64,000 nt of DNA, taken from Alteromonadaceae bacterium (GTDB lineage Bacteria > Pseudomonadota > Gammaproteobacteria > Enterobacterales > Alteromonadaceae). The DNA lies in contig JAESPQ010000123.1 of assembly GCA_016765535.1 (NCBI GenBank), positions 880 to 64,879 of the forward strand, written 5' to 3'. Under the pieces are notes generated by a model. It did not search any database. It had not been told where the DNA came from and saw only the letters and a list, made by a program, of their open reading frames with translations. A program made the position numbers and the translations under genes. Positions within the stretch are counted from its first letter, which is position 1, and each line of letters starts with the position of its first letter. Shown piece after piece: positions 1 to 10,315 of the stretch.

Positions 1-588
1 CTGATCGTCTAACGCCAAAATATGACCGACGATGACAGAAATAGGCCCACCTGAGGTAAAAACAATTATGTTTTTAACTTCTCTAGTACTGTTTTCGGCT
101 ATTAATTCGTTTAACGCAGTTACAGTCAATTGTTTAAATTGCTGCCATGTTTGCTTATATTCATCATCATGTTTACCAATAACCCAACGTTTTATTGCTT
201 GCGAAAATTCTTGTTGAAACACTTTATTACCTACTCGTACCGATTCACCTGAATGCTGAATAATAAAGTCTTGTAAATTTTGTTGGTTTTGCCATTGCTT
301 GTTATATTGCGCGAGTATATCAAGATGATCAAACTCGTTAAAACCTTGTTTAATAACTAAGTTTATGGGATTGGTGCTGATTTCTTTCAGATAATAGCCC
401 CTAAAAAAACATTCTGAGCTTTGTTTATGCCGTACTAATTCTCCGCGATAAGCTTTATCAATATTAGCTAGGTGTTGCCAATGCTGCCCTAATATTGTTG
501 TTTGTTGCTCTCCTAATGAAGAAAGCTGATCATAATTTTCACTGGCAAACGACGCTTGTCCGTGCCTAATTAAATAAATTGCTGACAT
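1..588 (-). CDS. histidine phosphatase (phosphoglycerate mutase-like) family protein; C-terminus lies beyond the window edge
   Basis: Not in the ORF track because it runs off the edge. Reverse translation from the ATG at 586-588 gives MSAIYLIRHGQASFASENYDQL (RHG catalytic motif) ... FTSGGPISVIVGHIL. The frame stays open to position 1. Confidence 0.75.
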   Translation of the reverse strand, partial: MSAIYLIRHGQASFASENYDQLSSLGEQQTTILGQHWQHLANIDKAYRGELVRHKQSSECFFRGYYLKEISTNPINLVIKQGFNEFDHLDILAQYNKQWQNQQNLQDFIIQHSGESVRVGNKVFQQEFSQAIKRWVIGKHDDEYKQTWQQFKQLTVTALNELIAENSTREVKNIIVFTSGGPISVIVGHILALDDQ

Positions 589-1245
589 GTTATATTCTCT
601 AAAAATTATTCTCTGAAAATAAAATTATTTTCGACCAAAATAGAGCAAATTAACCTGTTACCTTGCTGAGTTTTTTCATCATTATTTTTTGCCCTCAATT
701 AATTTCTTAATAATTAATGATATGCTGCAAGCAGTCATTAATCCAATGAATAACATTTATAGATATTTATTCATGTTATGCATAATACGGATAAAACAAA
801 AATTGATTTAGCGGTTGATGCGTTATTGCCTCCTGATGTTAATATTGGTCATCATGCCTTAGAGCATGGCAAATTAGTGGTGATGGTGTTCATCAATAAA
901 GATCATCGAGATATAAAAAACAAGCGTAGTTTCACTGCTTACTTTGTACAAAAACATTTATTAGTGTCGTCACAGGTGTAAGGTTCAAGCATTGAAAATT
1001 TTGAATTTGAACGTTTAGGTATACAACGTGAGGTGAGTTTACGTTACCAGCATTTACCTGCGGTCTGCCAAATTGTTGCCAATAGCTAAATGCCACTTAC
1101 ATTACCGTAAAGCTCCCCGCCATTGATATACATTTATATTGGCACAAAAATGCGGAGCAAGATCCTGCGAATAAATGGTAAAGAGAAAAATTGTTGTTGG
1201 CAGTTAAAGTAAAATAGCAAGTTAATAGTATAACTCGCTATTTAG

Positions 1246-1280
1246 GTAGGTCGACACGAGCGCAGCGAGGCTCGACAATG
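1246..1280. repeat. REP-like intergenic repeat, family A (GTAGGTCGACACGAGCGCAGCGAGGCTCGACAATG)
   Basis: Near-identical 34 nt copy in inverted orientation at 29547-29580. The 10 nt core GTAGGTCGAC is also present inside the MITE at about 22796-22805. Confidence 0.7.
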
Positions 1281-1296
1281 TAATATGAATTATTTA

Positions 1297-1773
1297 TTAT
1301 TCACCTGCCGCTTTTTTTTCTACTTTTTTCTTATAATCTTTACCCAGTGATTCAGCGATTTCTTTTGGCATGTAGTTTTCATCATGTTTAGCTAAAACTT
1401 CACTCGCCTCAAGTAAGGTAGCACCAACTAACACACCATTGGTAACTATGCCCTGACCTTCACGAAATAAATCAGGTAAAAGCCCATCGTATTGCACGGT
1501 AATTTTAGGGCCAATATCGACTAAATCAAAGCTCACTTTTAAGCTGTTAGCGTCACGCTTTACTGAGCCTGCAACCACCATACCACCAACACGAATACGC
1601 TGACCTAATGCGGGTTTCATACCGGTATCTTTTTTACCTTGTACAATTTCGGTGGGCGTATAATACAAATCAATATTTTGACTTAGTGCATATAACACAA
1701 GTCCAGCAACAGCACCTAAACCAATTAATATTGAACTGACAATAGCTAAACGCTTTTTACGACGAGGATTCAT
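1297..1773 (-). CDS. ccmE: cytochrome c maturation heme chaperone CcmE
   Basis: N-terminal membrane anchor, conserved heme-binding [10 protein letters not shown] motif, position in the ccm operon. Confidence 0.95.
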   Translation of the reverse strand: MNPRRKKRLAIVSSILIGLGAVAGLVLYALSQNIDLYYTPTEIVQGKKDTGMKPALGQRIRVGGMVVAGSVKRDANSLKVSFDLVDIGPKITVQYDGLLPDLFREGQGIVTNGVLVGATLLEASEVLAKHDENYMPKEIAESLGKDYKKKVEKKAAGE

Positions 1774-1801
1774 ACGTTAATTTACCTTAATCTGTTGAAA
1801 T

Positions 1802-2083
1802 TCACTTACTAATTTGTGTACTTTGTTTTACTGCGGCTTCAATCATTTCATCATTTATTTGAGGTTCATTTATGCCTTGTTCTTGCATATTCAATTCAGC
1901 CGCTTGACGAAGTCTTTGCTCGCGCTTTTGTCGTATCGCTATTTGCTCTAATACAGTTTTATTACGACGCACACTGGCGAACAATAAATAAACAATTAAC
2001 GCCGCAGACACACCGTATGAAAGCCACACATAAAACGCATAACCGCCCATATTTAAAAATTCAGCAAAACTATTAAATTGCAT
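1802..2083 (-). CDS. ccmD: heme exporter protein CcmD (with C-terminal extension)
   Basis: Single TM segment YAFYVWLSYGVSAALIVYLL. The start overlaps the ccmC stop by 1 nt. At 93 aa it is longer than typical CcmD. Confidence 0.85.
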   Translation of the reverse strand: MQFNSFAEFLNMGGYAFYVWLSYGVSAALIVYLLFASVRRNKTVLEQIAIRQKREQRLRQAAELNMQEQGINEPQINDEMIEAAVKQSTQISK

Positions 2084-2886
2084 TATTTAGCTCCCTGATT
2101 TTGGCTATGTTTGCCATGAGAATTACACGACATTGGTTGTTCTAACTCTAACGCATTAGCTGCTAATGTTCGCACCCAAGGACGCATACTGTTACGCGCT
2201 AATACTTCTGTACGAAAACGTAAGCAAACTAACGCAGCAATTAAAAATGAAAAACCCAATAAGCACATTAAAAAAGGCCAATACATCACTGCCGACATAG
2301 ACGGTGCGCCTAGCTTACTTACTGTGGCACCTTGATGCAGCGTATTCCACCATTCTACCGAATAATGAATTATCGGCAAATTAATCACGCCGACCAAAGA
2401 TAAAATCCCTGCGGCTTTGCCTGCTAAATTTTTATCTTCAAAAGCATTATGTAATGCGATAACACCTAAATATAAAAATAATAAAATTAATTCAGACGTT
2501 AAACGGGCATCCCAAATCCACCATGTTCCCCACATAGGTTTACCCCATGCAGCACCAGTGATTAGTGCGATAGCAGTAAAAACAGCACCAATAGGCGCCA
2601 TAGCGGCCGCAGAAGCATCGGCTAACTTTAGTTGCCACACTAAACTTGAAAGTGCGGCAATTGCCATAGCAAAATAAATACCCATCGCTAAAATGGCAGC
2701 GGGTACATGAATATAAAAAATTCTAAAGCTGTCACCTTGTTGATAATCGGCTGGTGCATACAATAAAGCCCATACTAGCCCAATAGTTAAAAACAACGCA
2801 CTTAAGCGAAATAACCAAGGTTGCAATTTACCGCAAAAGTTATAAGACACTTCGGGGTTTGCATAAGGATGTAACCATTTAAACAT
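2083..2886 (-). CDS. ccmC: heme exporter/heme lyase subunit CcmC
   Basis: Polytopic membrane protein with the tryptophan-rich WGTWWIWDARLTS motif. Confidence 0.95.
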   Translation of the reverse strand: MFKWLHPYANPEVSYNFCGKLQPWLFRLSALFLTIGLVWALLYAPADYQQGDSFRIFYIHVPAAILAMGIYFAMAIAALSSLVWQLKLADASAAAMAPIGAVFTAIALITGAAWGKPMWGTWWIWDARLTSELILLFLYLGVIALHNAFEDKNLAGKAAGILSLVGVINLPIIHYSVEWWNTLHQGATVSKLGAPSMSAVMYWPFLMCLLGFSFLIAALVCLRFRTEVLARNSMRPWVRTLAANALELEQPMSCNSHGKHSQNQGAK

Positions 2887-2887
2887 A

Positions 2888-3049
2888 TTAGTTTGTACTC
2901 ACTTTTAAAATAACACTAACGGCAGAACAAGGAAAAGCCAGCGTTAAAGAGCTTAATCGTAATCCCATTTAATTTGTACTCACTTTTAAAATAACGCTAA
3001 CGGCAGAACAAGGAAAAGCCAGCGTTAAAGAGCTTAATCGTAATCTCAT
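2888..3049. repeat. two tandem 81 bp diverged copies of the ccmB 3' terminus
   Basis: TTA(A/G)TTTGTACTCACTTTTAAA recurs at 2888, 2969 and 3050 (period 81). Each copy reads on the minus strand as ATG..TAA and encodes M(R/G)LRLSSLTLAFPCSAVSVILKVSTN. The CcmB C-terminus is SLTLAPFAVGAALKVSTN. Confidence 0.9.
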
Positions 3050-3808
3050 TTAATTTGTACTCACTTTTAAAGCAGCGCCAACTGCAAATGGAGCCAGCGT
3101 TAAAGAACCAAAAAATAGTGCGGCAATTATAGCAAGTTGCCCACCATAGGGTAAACCTAATGCTGCGGTATCAATAGCGCTAGTCGCAAAAATCAATACT
3201 GGAATATACAACGGCAACACCAATAAACTTAATAACACACCGCCTTTTTTAATACCAACCGTTAAGGCAACACCAATAGCACCTAATAAACTTAATACGG
3301 GTGTACCTAATAATAAGGTTAACATTAATGCACCATAACTCTGTTCATTTAAATGTAACAAAACAGCCAATAAAGGCGCAACAATGATTAATGGCAATCC
3401 TGTAATTAACCAGTGGGCGACAATTTTGGCTAAGACTAAAATAAACACAGGATGAGGACTTAGCAACATTTGCTCCAACGAACCATCACCATGATCGGCT
3501 TTAAATAATCGATCCAGTGATAACAACGTAGATAATAGTGCTGCCACCCAAATAATACCGGGGGCAATTCTGCTTAACGTACTCGCTTCTGGACCTATGC
3601 CTAAAGGAAATAAAGTAACGACAATAATAAAAAATAATAACGGATTTAAAATATCGTCTTTATGACGCAAAGCAATAGTTAAATCACGCTTAACCATTAA
3701 ATTAAAAGCGCCACGATAGGAAAGTTTATTGCGTGACTCTATCGTAATTGGCAAAGTGTTTTTTTCGCTATCATGTTTTTCAATTGAATTTTCGCTAGCT
3801 TTATTCAT
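3050..3808 (-). CDS. ccmB: heme exporter permease CcmB
   Basis: Six-TM hydrophobic protein between ccmA and ccmC. Confidence 0.9.
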   Translation of the reverse strand: MNKASENSIEKHDSEKNTLPITIESRNKLSYRGAFNLMVKRDLTIALRHKDDILNPLLFFIIVVTLFPLGIGPEASTLSRIAPGIIWVAALLSTLLSLDRLFKADHGDGSLEQMLLSPHPVFILVLAKIVAHWLITGLPLIIVAPLLAVLLHLNEQSYGALMLTLLLGTPVLSLLGAIGVALTVGIKKGGVLLSLLVLPLYIPVLIFATSAIDTAALGLPYGGQLAIIAALFFGSLTLAPFAVGAALKVSTN

Positions 3809-3828
3809 AAATTTAATTTCCTGCTAGC

Positions 3829-4515
3829 TTAATAAAAACGATACGCTAAAGTGATTTTTTTCAAATTTTCTTTAGCAATAGTTAAATCTTGATGGGTGGT
3901 TAAAACAACACAACCGCCCTGTTCTGCATGTTGTAAAAACAACTGTTCTAAATTGGCAACACCTTGTTTATCAATAGCAGTAAAAGGTTCGTCTAAAATC
4001 CAAATTTTTGCTTTATTAACCTGCTTTTGTGAAGAAAAAAGCCGAGCTAAAGCAATACGTCGATGTTGTCCTGCACTTAAATGCGACGCTAAACTATCTT
4101 CAAAGCCTAATAAATTAACTGTATTTAAGTTTTCATCTACCGTATCCGTATTTAAACCATGCAAGGCTAAATTAAAAGTTAAGTTTTCTGCCGCTGTCAT
4201 TTCACCTTTAACACCAGCTAAATGACCTAAATATAAAAGGTTTTGATGATATAATTCGCTATCATCATGAATATTTTGCTCTAATTTTTGTTCTTGTATA
4301 TTTGCACTAAAAAACACTTCGCCATCATAAGGTTGAGACAAACCCGCTAAAATACGCAACAAACTTGTTTTTCCCGCGCCATTAGGCCCTTCTATTTGCA
4401 CAATATCACCAGCATTTACTTGCAGATTTAATTGTTCAAACAAAATTCTATCTTCCCGAATACAGGTAAGGTTTTTAGCGCTAAGCAAGGGGAGTTTTTT
4501 AGACAATGTGATCAC
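3829..4515 (-). CDS. ccmA: heme exporter ATP-binding protein CcmA (GTG start)
   Basis: Walker [13 protein letters not shown] signature LSAGQHRR, Walker B WILDEP. The codon at 4513-4515 is GTG. Confidence 0.9.
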   Translation of the reverse strand: MITLSKKLPLLSAKNLTCIREDRILFEQLNLQVNAGDIVQIEGPNGAGKTSLLRILAGLSQPYDGEVFFSANIQEQKLEQNIHDDSELYHQNLLYLGHLAGVKGEMTAAENLTFNLALHGLNTDTVDENLNTVNLLGFEDSLASHLSAGQHRRIALARLFSSQKQVNKAKIWILDEPFTAIDKQGVANLEQLFLQHAEQGGCVVLTTHQDLTIAKENLKKITLAYRFY

Positions 4516-4817
4516 TTTACTATGGTTATTTCAATAATCGTTACTTATCTATCGTGATAAGTAAATGAACTAATGATCTTAATCACAAATCATAACGAAT
4601 AAAACACCCTCATGATTTGATTTAGATCTTACTAATTTAACCCAGATTACCATATTATTAGCCGCATAAAAATCGTAGGATAAATTTTGTTACGTTTTTT
4701 ATTGATGATATTAGTAAAGCCTAATGATCATCCATTGAATATAATGCTAGAATTGCGCAAATAATGAAAAGTAACCACTTTTGTAACTTTACACAGTAAC
4801 ATAATTCGGAGTAGTTA

Positions 4818-6836
4818 ATGATCCCTGAGCTAGGCCATTTTGCCTTAATTACCGCCTTAGCCTTTGCTATTTGTTTAGCCGTCATTCCAATGCTTGGCTT
4901 ATATACTAATCAACCTAAACTTGCTGCTTATGCAAAACCGTTTGCTTTCGCTTTATTTGCCTTTACTGCAATTAGCATTACTATATTGGGTTATAGTTTC
5001 GTTATTGACGATTTTTCAGTGTTGTATGTAGCAAGCCATTCTAATACTCACCTACCTTACTACTTTAAAATTAGTGCAGTTTGGGGCGGGCATGAAGGTT
5101 CGTTATTATTATGGATATTCTCATTAACTTGTTGGACATTAGCGGTAGCCAAATTTAGCAATAATGTTGATCAAGCCTTTATTACCCGCGTATTATCTAT
5201 TATGGGTATTATTGCCGTTGGTTTTATTGCCTTTACTTTACTCACTTCTAATCCTTTTGAACGTTTATTACCTAATATTCCTAGCGAAGGACGAGATTTA
5301 AACCCTTTACTACAAGATATTGGTTTGATTGTACATCCACCATTATTGTATATGGGCTATGTTGGTTTTTCGGTGGCTTTTGCTTTTGCGGTTGCCGCCC
5401 TATTAACGGGTAAAATGGATGCAGCATGGGCGCGTTGGTCACGCCCTTGGACAGTTGCCGCATGGTCTTTTTTAACCGTAGGAATTGCATTAGGGAGTTG
5501 GTGGGCTTATTACGAACTAGGCTGGGGCGGCTGGTGGTTTTGGGATCCCGTTGAAAATGCCTCTTTTATGCCTTGGTTAGTAGGTACTGCACTTATTCAC
5601 TCATTAGCGGTAACAGAGAAACGTGGTACCTTTAAAAACTGGACTATTTTATTATCTATTTTTGCTTTTAGCTTGAGTTTATTAGGCACGTTTTTAGTGC
5701 GCTCTGGCGTATTAACCTCTGTACATTCATTTGCTGCGGATCCTGAGCGCGGTATTTTTATTCTTTATTTACTCGCAACAACCATTGGCGGCTCTTTAAT
5801 TTTATTTGCCTTTAAGGCCAGTAATGTTGCTAGTTTTAGCCGTTTTGCTTTATATTCACGCGAAACTGCACTTTTAATTGCTAATATTATTTTAGTCACT
5901 GCAGCAGTTACCGTTTTGCTTGGTACGCTTTACCCGTTATTAGTAGATGCACTGCATTTAGGTAAAATATCAGTAGGCCCTCCGTATTTTAATGCGGTAT
6001 TTGTACCTATTATGAGTTTACTGTTTGTCTTTATGGGTATTGGCCCCCTTATTCGTTGGAAAAAAGCGAAAAAAGGTGAATTACGTAAACAGCTATCCTT
6101 AATATCTATTGGCAGTATAATTTTTGGTCTTGCTTTCCCATTTTTATATGCGGGTGAATTTAACTTAAAAGTAAGTATGGGCATTATATTAGCCTGTTGG
6201 GTTGCATTGGTTATTCTTAAAGAATTTCGTAATCAGCGAACCGCTAATCAAGGAAAATTACCACTAAGTCAATGGGGTATGACCTTCGCGCACCTTGGCA
6301 TCGCTATCACTATTGTAGGTATTACTTTAGTATCAAGTTATGAAAATGAAATCAATGTAAAAATGGCCTTACATGATAAGGTTGAAATTTCAGGTTATCA
6401 AATTGAATTTGAAGGCATTAAAAAAGTTATAGGTCCAAATTATAGTGCCGACCAAGGACAAATGAAGCTTTATAAAAATGAAAAATACATTGGTTTAATG
6501 CAACCAGAACGTCGTGTTTATCGAGTACAAAGTATGGGCATGACCGAAGCAGCTATTAACCCTGGTTTATTTAGAGATGTATATATTGCGCTTGGCGATC
6601 CGCTAGATAATGGCGCATGGTCAGTGCGTGTTCACTATAAACCGTTTGTCCGTTGGATTTGGTTAGGCGCATTATTTATGGGCTTTGGTGGTTTTCTCAC
6701 TATGCTAGATAAACGCTATCGCAGTAAAAGTAGTCAACAAGCAAAAACACGTTTACAAAATAGTGCAAACAAAACAAATACTGTAGCAACGGCTAGTACA
6801 ACTGCAGCAGCCCCGGCTTCATCAACGAGTTGTTAA
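4818..6836 (+). CDS. ccmF: cytochrome c heme lyase subunit CcmF
   Basis: 672 aa polytopic protein with the WWD motif WGGWWFWDPVEN. GGAG RBS upstream. Confidence 0.95.
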   Translation: MIPELGHFALITALAFAICLAVIPMLGLYTNQPKLAAYAKPFAFALFAFTAISITILGYSFVIDDFSVLYVASHSNTHLPYYFKISAVWGGHEGSLLLWIFSLTCWTLAVAKFSNNVDQAFITRVLSIMGIIAVGFIAFTLLTSNPFERLLPNIPSEGRDLNPLLQDIGLIVHPPLLYMGYVGFSVAFAFAVAALLTGKMDAAWARWSRPWTVAAWSFLTVGIALGSWWAYYELGWGGWWFWDPVENASFMPWLVGTALIHSLAVTEKRGTFKNWTILLSIFAFSLSLLGTFLVRSGVLTSVHSFAADPERGIFILYLLATTIGGSLILFAFKASNVASFSRFALYSRETALLIANIILVTAAVTVLLGTLYPLLVDALHLGKISVGPPYFNAVFVPIMSLLFVFMGIGPLIRWKKAKKGELRKQLSLISIGSIIFGLAFPFLYAGEFNLKVSMGIILACWVALVILKEFRNQRTANQGKLPLSQWGMTFAHLGIAITIVGITLVSSYENEINVKMALHDKVEISGYQIEFEGIKKVIGPNYSADQGQMKLYKNEKYIGLMQPERRVYRVQSMGMTEAAINPGLFRDVYIALGDPLDNGAWSVRVHYKPFVRWIWLGALFMGFGGFLTMLDKRYRSKSSQQAKTRLQNSANKTNTVATASTTAAAPASSTSC

Positions 6837-6839
6837 ATT

Positions 6840-7394
6840 ATGAATAAAGCAATACGATTTATCCCTTTAATATTAGTCATTATTCTAGGTGTGGTGTTAT
6901 ATCGAGGTTTATCATTAAATCCACAATCAATGCCCTCTGCATTAGTGGGTAAGCCTATGCCAGACTTTAAATTAACTACACTACTTGACGAAAACAAAGT
7001 GGTCACTAAAGCTGATTTAAAAGATGATATTATCTTGATTAATGTCTGGGCTACTTGGTGTGTATATTGTAAATATGAGTTTCCTGATTTGATTGATATC
7101 GTAAAAAAAGAAGGCATTACTTTATACGGAGTCAACTCAAAAGATGATCGTACAACCGCAAAGCAATGGATTGATAAATTAGGTAACCCCTATGTTTTTT
7201 CAATGTTTGATGAAGAAGGTAGTTTAGGCTTAGATATGGGTGTATATGGCGCACCTGAAACCTTTGTTGTTGACCATCACGGCATAATTCGCAAACGTTT
7301 TGCGGGCGTTATTAACCCAAATACTTGGCGAGTAGAGTTTAAACCCTTACTTGCTCAGCTTAAGCAAGAACGTTTAGCGGAACAAGGTAAATGA
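6840..7394 (+). CDS. ccmG: thiol:disulfide interchange protein CcmG/DsbE
   Basis: Thioredoxin fold with WATWCVYC active site and N-terminal anchor. Confidence 0.95.
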   Translation: MNKAIRFIPLILVIILGVVLYRGLSLNPQSMPSALVGKPMPDFKLTTLLDENKVVTKADLKDDIILINVWATWCVYCKYEFPDLIDIVKKEGITLYGVNSKDDRTTAKQWIDKLGNPYVFSMFDEEGSLGLDMGVYGAPETFVVDHHGIIRKRFAGVINPNTWRVEFKPLLAQLKQERLAEQGK

Positions 7395-7924
7395 TGATGA
7401 GCAAAACAATAAAACTCAAGACAGTATTTGGCACCGCTATTGCTTTAATTTCTTATTTATTAATCAGTTTTTCAAGTAATGCTAGCCCCGTAGAAACATT
7501 TAAATTTAAAGATGATATTACTAAGGTGCGCTTTCAAACACTAACTAAAGAGTTACGTTGTCCTAAATGTCAAAACCAAGATCTAGCAGATTCTAACGCG
7601 CCTATTGCTGCTGATTTACGTAAACAAATATACGCACAGTTAAATCAAGGTAAAAGCGATAAAGAAATCGTTGATTACATGGTTGCTCGCTATGGCGAGT
7701 TTGTTTTGTATCGACCACGGGTATCAAGCCTAACTTACGTACTATGGTTTGGACCTGCCATTATTTTATTTTTTGGCGCTATTATTGTGGTCGTTATTTT
7801 ACGCAAACGCACCACAAAAGAAGAAAGCAGCGAACTTTCTAGTGCTCAACAACAAAAACTAGAACAATTACTTAATGCAGATAATGATTCTGCTGACAAT
7901 TTACCTAAAGAAAACAATCACTAA
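7391..7924 (+). CDS. ccmH: cytochrome c maturation protein CcmH
   Basis: LRCPKCQNQ motif, signal sequence, C-terminal TM. Overlaps ccmG by 4 nt. Confidence 0.9.
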   Translation: MMMSKTIKLKTVFGTAIALISYLLISFSSNASPVETFKFKDDITKVRFQTLTKELRCPKCQNQDLADSNAPIAADLRKQIYAQLNQGKSDKEIVDYMVARYGEFVLYRPRVSSLTYVLWFGPAIILFFGAIIVVVILRKRTTKEESSELSSAQQQKLEQLLNADNDSADNLPKENNH

Positions 7925-9189
7925 TGATCACTTTATTAATTCTTATTATTACCTTTTTACTATTAATGCTAATTATTATATGGCGACCTTTTTTTCGAAC
8001 TATCAATAGTAAGCAAACTGCCGATAATATTTTGCGTGACCAAACTAATGTACAACTTTATCAAGAGCATAAAAGTGAAATAGAGCAAGATTTTGCACAA
8101 GGCGCTATTGACGATGAAAACTATCAATATTTACTTACTGAATTAGATAAAAGCTTTTTACAAGATATGACAGCCAACGAAAAAATAGCGGCAAAAGAAA
8201 AGCACAGTAAAAATACTTTATCACCTTTATGGCCAATTTTTATCACCTTATTCGTATTAGTTTTCAGTATTGCCCTATACCAAAAACAAGGTAGTTACTT
8301 AAAGCTTACGCAATCTCAACAACAAGCTCCACAACAAGCTCAACAATCGTCTGTTGGTAGTAGTGAACAGCAAGCATTAGCACAAGTGCAACAAATCAAA
8401 AAAGCACTAGAAAAAACACCTGACGATTCAAGTTTATGGTACGACTTAGGCCAAACAAGTATTAGTACTGGTGACTTTAATGGCGCGGTTAAAGCCTTTG
8501 ATCAAGTGATCAAACTTGAAGGGAAAAAACCTGAATTACTTGGGGCTAAAGCACAAGCACTGTATTACGGTAATGGTCAAAAAATCAGCAAACAAGTGCA
8601 AAAACTAATTGACCAAGCACTCGCGTTAGATCCACTTGATCCATCAACTAATGTATTGTTAGGTATGGATAATTTTATTCAACAAAAATATGAACAAGCC
8701 ATTCATTACTGGCAAATTATTGTTGATAGTGGTCACAACAATGTTAACGTAGAAGCATTAACTGGCGCTATTACCGAAGCAAGAAACAGATTAGCAATGA
8801 CAATAAATACCCGTTCTGTGGATGCTAATGCACCAACGCCTAAATTAACCTTAAACATTACTATAAGCGCTAAATTCAAACAACTATTGGCACAAAGTGA
8901 AGATAAAATTATTTTTGTTTATGCGACTCCTGCAGATGGTCGCAGAATGCCATTAGCTGCAATGAAAATTAAACTGAGTGACTTACCAATAACCATTTCA
9001 CTGACCAATTCACAAGCAATGAGCCCACAATTTAATTTATCTAGTGCTAAAAAAGTGCATCTTTACGCCATAGTATCGCAGCAAGGTACTCCTGGAATAA
9101 AATCAGGTGATTATAAAGCCGAACTTAACAACATTGCCGTAAATACCACTAAAACACTTGCTTTAGTCATTAATCAGCGCGTGCCCTAA
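7924..9189 (+). CDS. ccmI: c-type cytochrome biogenesis protein CcmI (TPR)
   Basis: Two N-terminal TM segments and a TPR-like C-terminal region. Its ATG overlaps the ccmH stop. Confidence 0.8.
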   Translation: MITLLILIITFLLLMLIIIWRPFFRTINSKQTADNILRDQTNVQLYQEHKSEIEQDFAQGAIDDENYQYLLTELDKSFLQDMTANEKIAAKEKHSKNTLSPLWPIFITLFVLVFSIALYQKQGSYLKLTQSQQQAPQQAQQSSVGSSEQQALAQVQQIKKALEKTPDDSSLWYDLGQTSISTGDFNGAVKAFDQVIKLEGKKPELLGAKAQALYYGNGQKISKQVQKLIDQALALDPLDPSTNVLLGMDNFIQQKYEQAIHYWQIIVDSGHNNVNVEALTGAITEARNRLAMTINTRSVDANAPTPKLTLNITISAKFKQLLAQSEDKIIFVYATPADGRRMPLAAMKIKLSDLPITISLTNSQAMSPQFNLSSAKKVHLYAIVSQQGTPGIKSGDYKAELNNIAVNTTKTLALVINQRVP

Positions 9190-9217
9190 GTAATGAAAAC
9201 CGAGTAAAAACAAGCTA

Positions 9218-10267
9218 ATGTCACGATTTAAAAGCCAAGGGCTAAATTTTTCATCGCATCATGACGAAAATAACAACCAGCATGTTGGTGTACTGTTAAC
9301 TAATTTAGGTACACCAGAGCAAGCGACACCAAGCGCGCTGCGTAGCTATTTACGTGAATTTTTATCTGATCCGCGTGTGGTAGAAATCCCACGTTTGCTT
9401 TGGTTAATAATATTACACGGTATTATTTTGCGTATTCGTCCAAAAAAATCAGCAAAGCTTTATCAAAATATTTGGACTAAGCAAGGCTCGCCACTAATGG
9501 TAATTAGTCGGCAGCAGCAAGCTAAAATCACGACTAAGCTTACAGAAAAATATGGTGACAACGTGCAAGTTGAACTCGCCATGCGTTATGGTAAACCGTC
9601 TATTGCGCAAGCATTACAAAAATTTCAACAAGCCCATATTGATAACATTGTAGTACTACCGCTTTATCCACAATATAGTGGTCCAACAACAGGCTCTACT
9701 TTTGATGCTGTTACCGATGAATTAAAACAATGGCGCTGGTTGCCTAGTTTGCATTTTATTAATGGATATCATAAAAACTCCCTTTATATTCAAGCATTAG
9801 CTAACAGTATAAAATCACATATAAAAGAACATGGTAAACCGGAAAAATTAGTCATTTCTTATCATGGCATGCCACAAATATTTCATGATTGGGGCGATCC
9901 TTATGCCGATTTTTGCCAACAAACCACCCAATTATTAATACCCGCACTTAATAACGCGATAGCTGACAAAGATATTTTGATGACCTACCAATCGCGCTTT
10001 GGTAAAGCACAGTGGTTAACCCCCTACACTGAGAATGTATTAACTGATTTAGCGGCACAACAGGTTAAACACATTGCTATAATTTGCCCTGCTTTTAGTA
10101 GTGATTGTTTAGAAACTTTAGATGAAATCGAACGTGAATATCGACAAATTTTTATAAATTCTGGCGGTAAACAGTTTACTTATATTGCCGCATTAAATGC
10201 GAAGGATGATCATATAGATGCTTTGATTGATGTAATTTCTCCTTATTTACCCAAAGAAAAAGTGTAG
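9218..10267 (+). CDS. hemH: ferrochelatase
   Basis: LLTNLGTP N-terminus, PLYPQYS and YQSRFG motifs typical of HemH. Confidence 0.9.
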   Translation: MSRFKSQGLNFSSHHDENNNQHVGVLLTNLGTPEQATPSALRSYLREFLSDPRVVEIPRLLWLIILHGIILRIRPKKSAKLYQNIWTKQGSPLMVISRQQQAKITTKLTEKYGDNVQVELAMRYGKPSIAQALQKFQQAHIDNIVVLPLYPQYSGPTTGSTFDAVTDELKQWRWLPSLHFINGYHKNSLYIQALANSIKSHIKEHGKPEKLVISYHGMPQIFHDWGDPYADFCQQTTQLLIPALNNAIADKDILMTYQSRFGKAQWLTPYTENVLTDLAAQQVKHIAIICPAFSSDCLETLDEIEREYRQIFINSGGKQFTYIAALNAKDDHIDALIDVISPYLPKEKV

Positions 10268-10315
10268 TTACCAATATAAAACAAGAGTAAAATAAGAATA
10301 AAACAAGAGTGAAAA

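Noticed and set aside
778-981. 67 aa ORF. The frame continues for 35 more codons after an in-frame TAA (to about 1089), suggesting a pseudogene.
   Set aside because: No recognisable motif and no clear RBS. I cannot distinguish a decayed gene from a chance ORF in AT-rich DNA.
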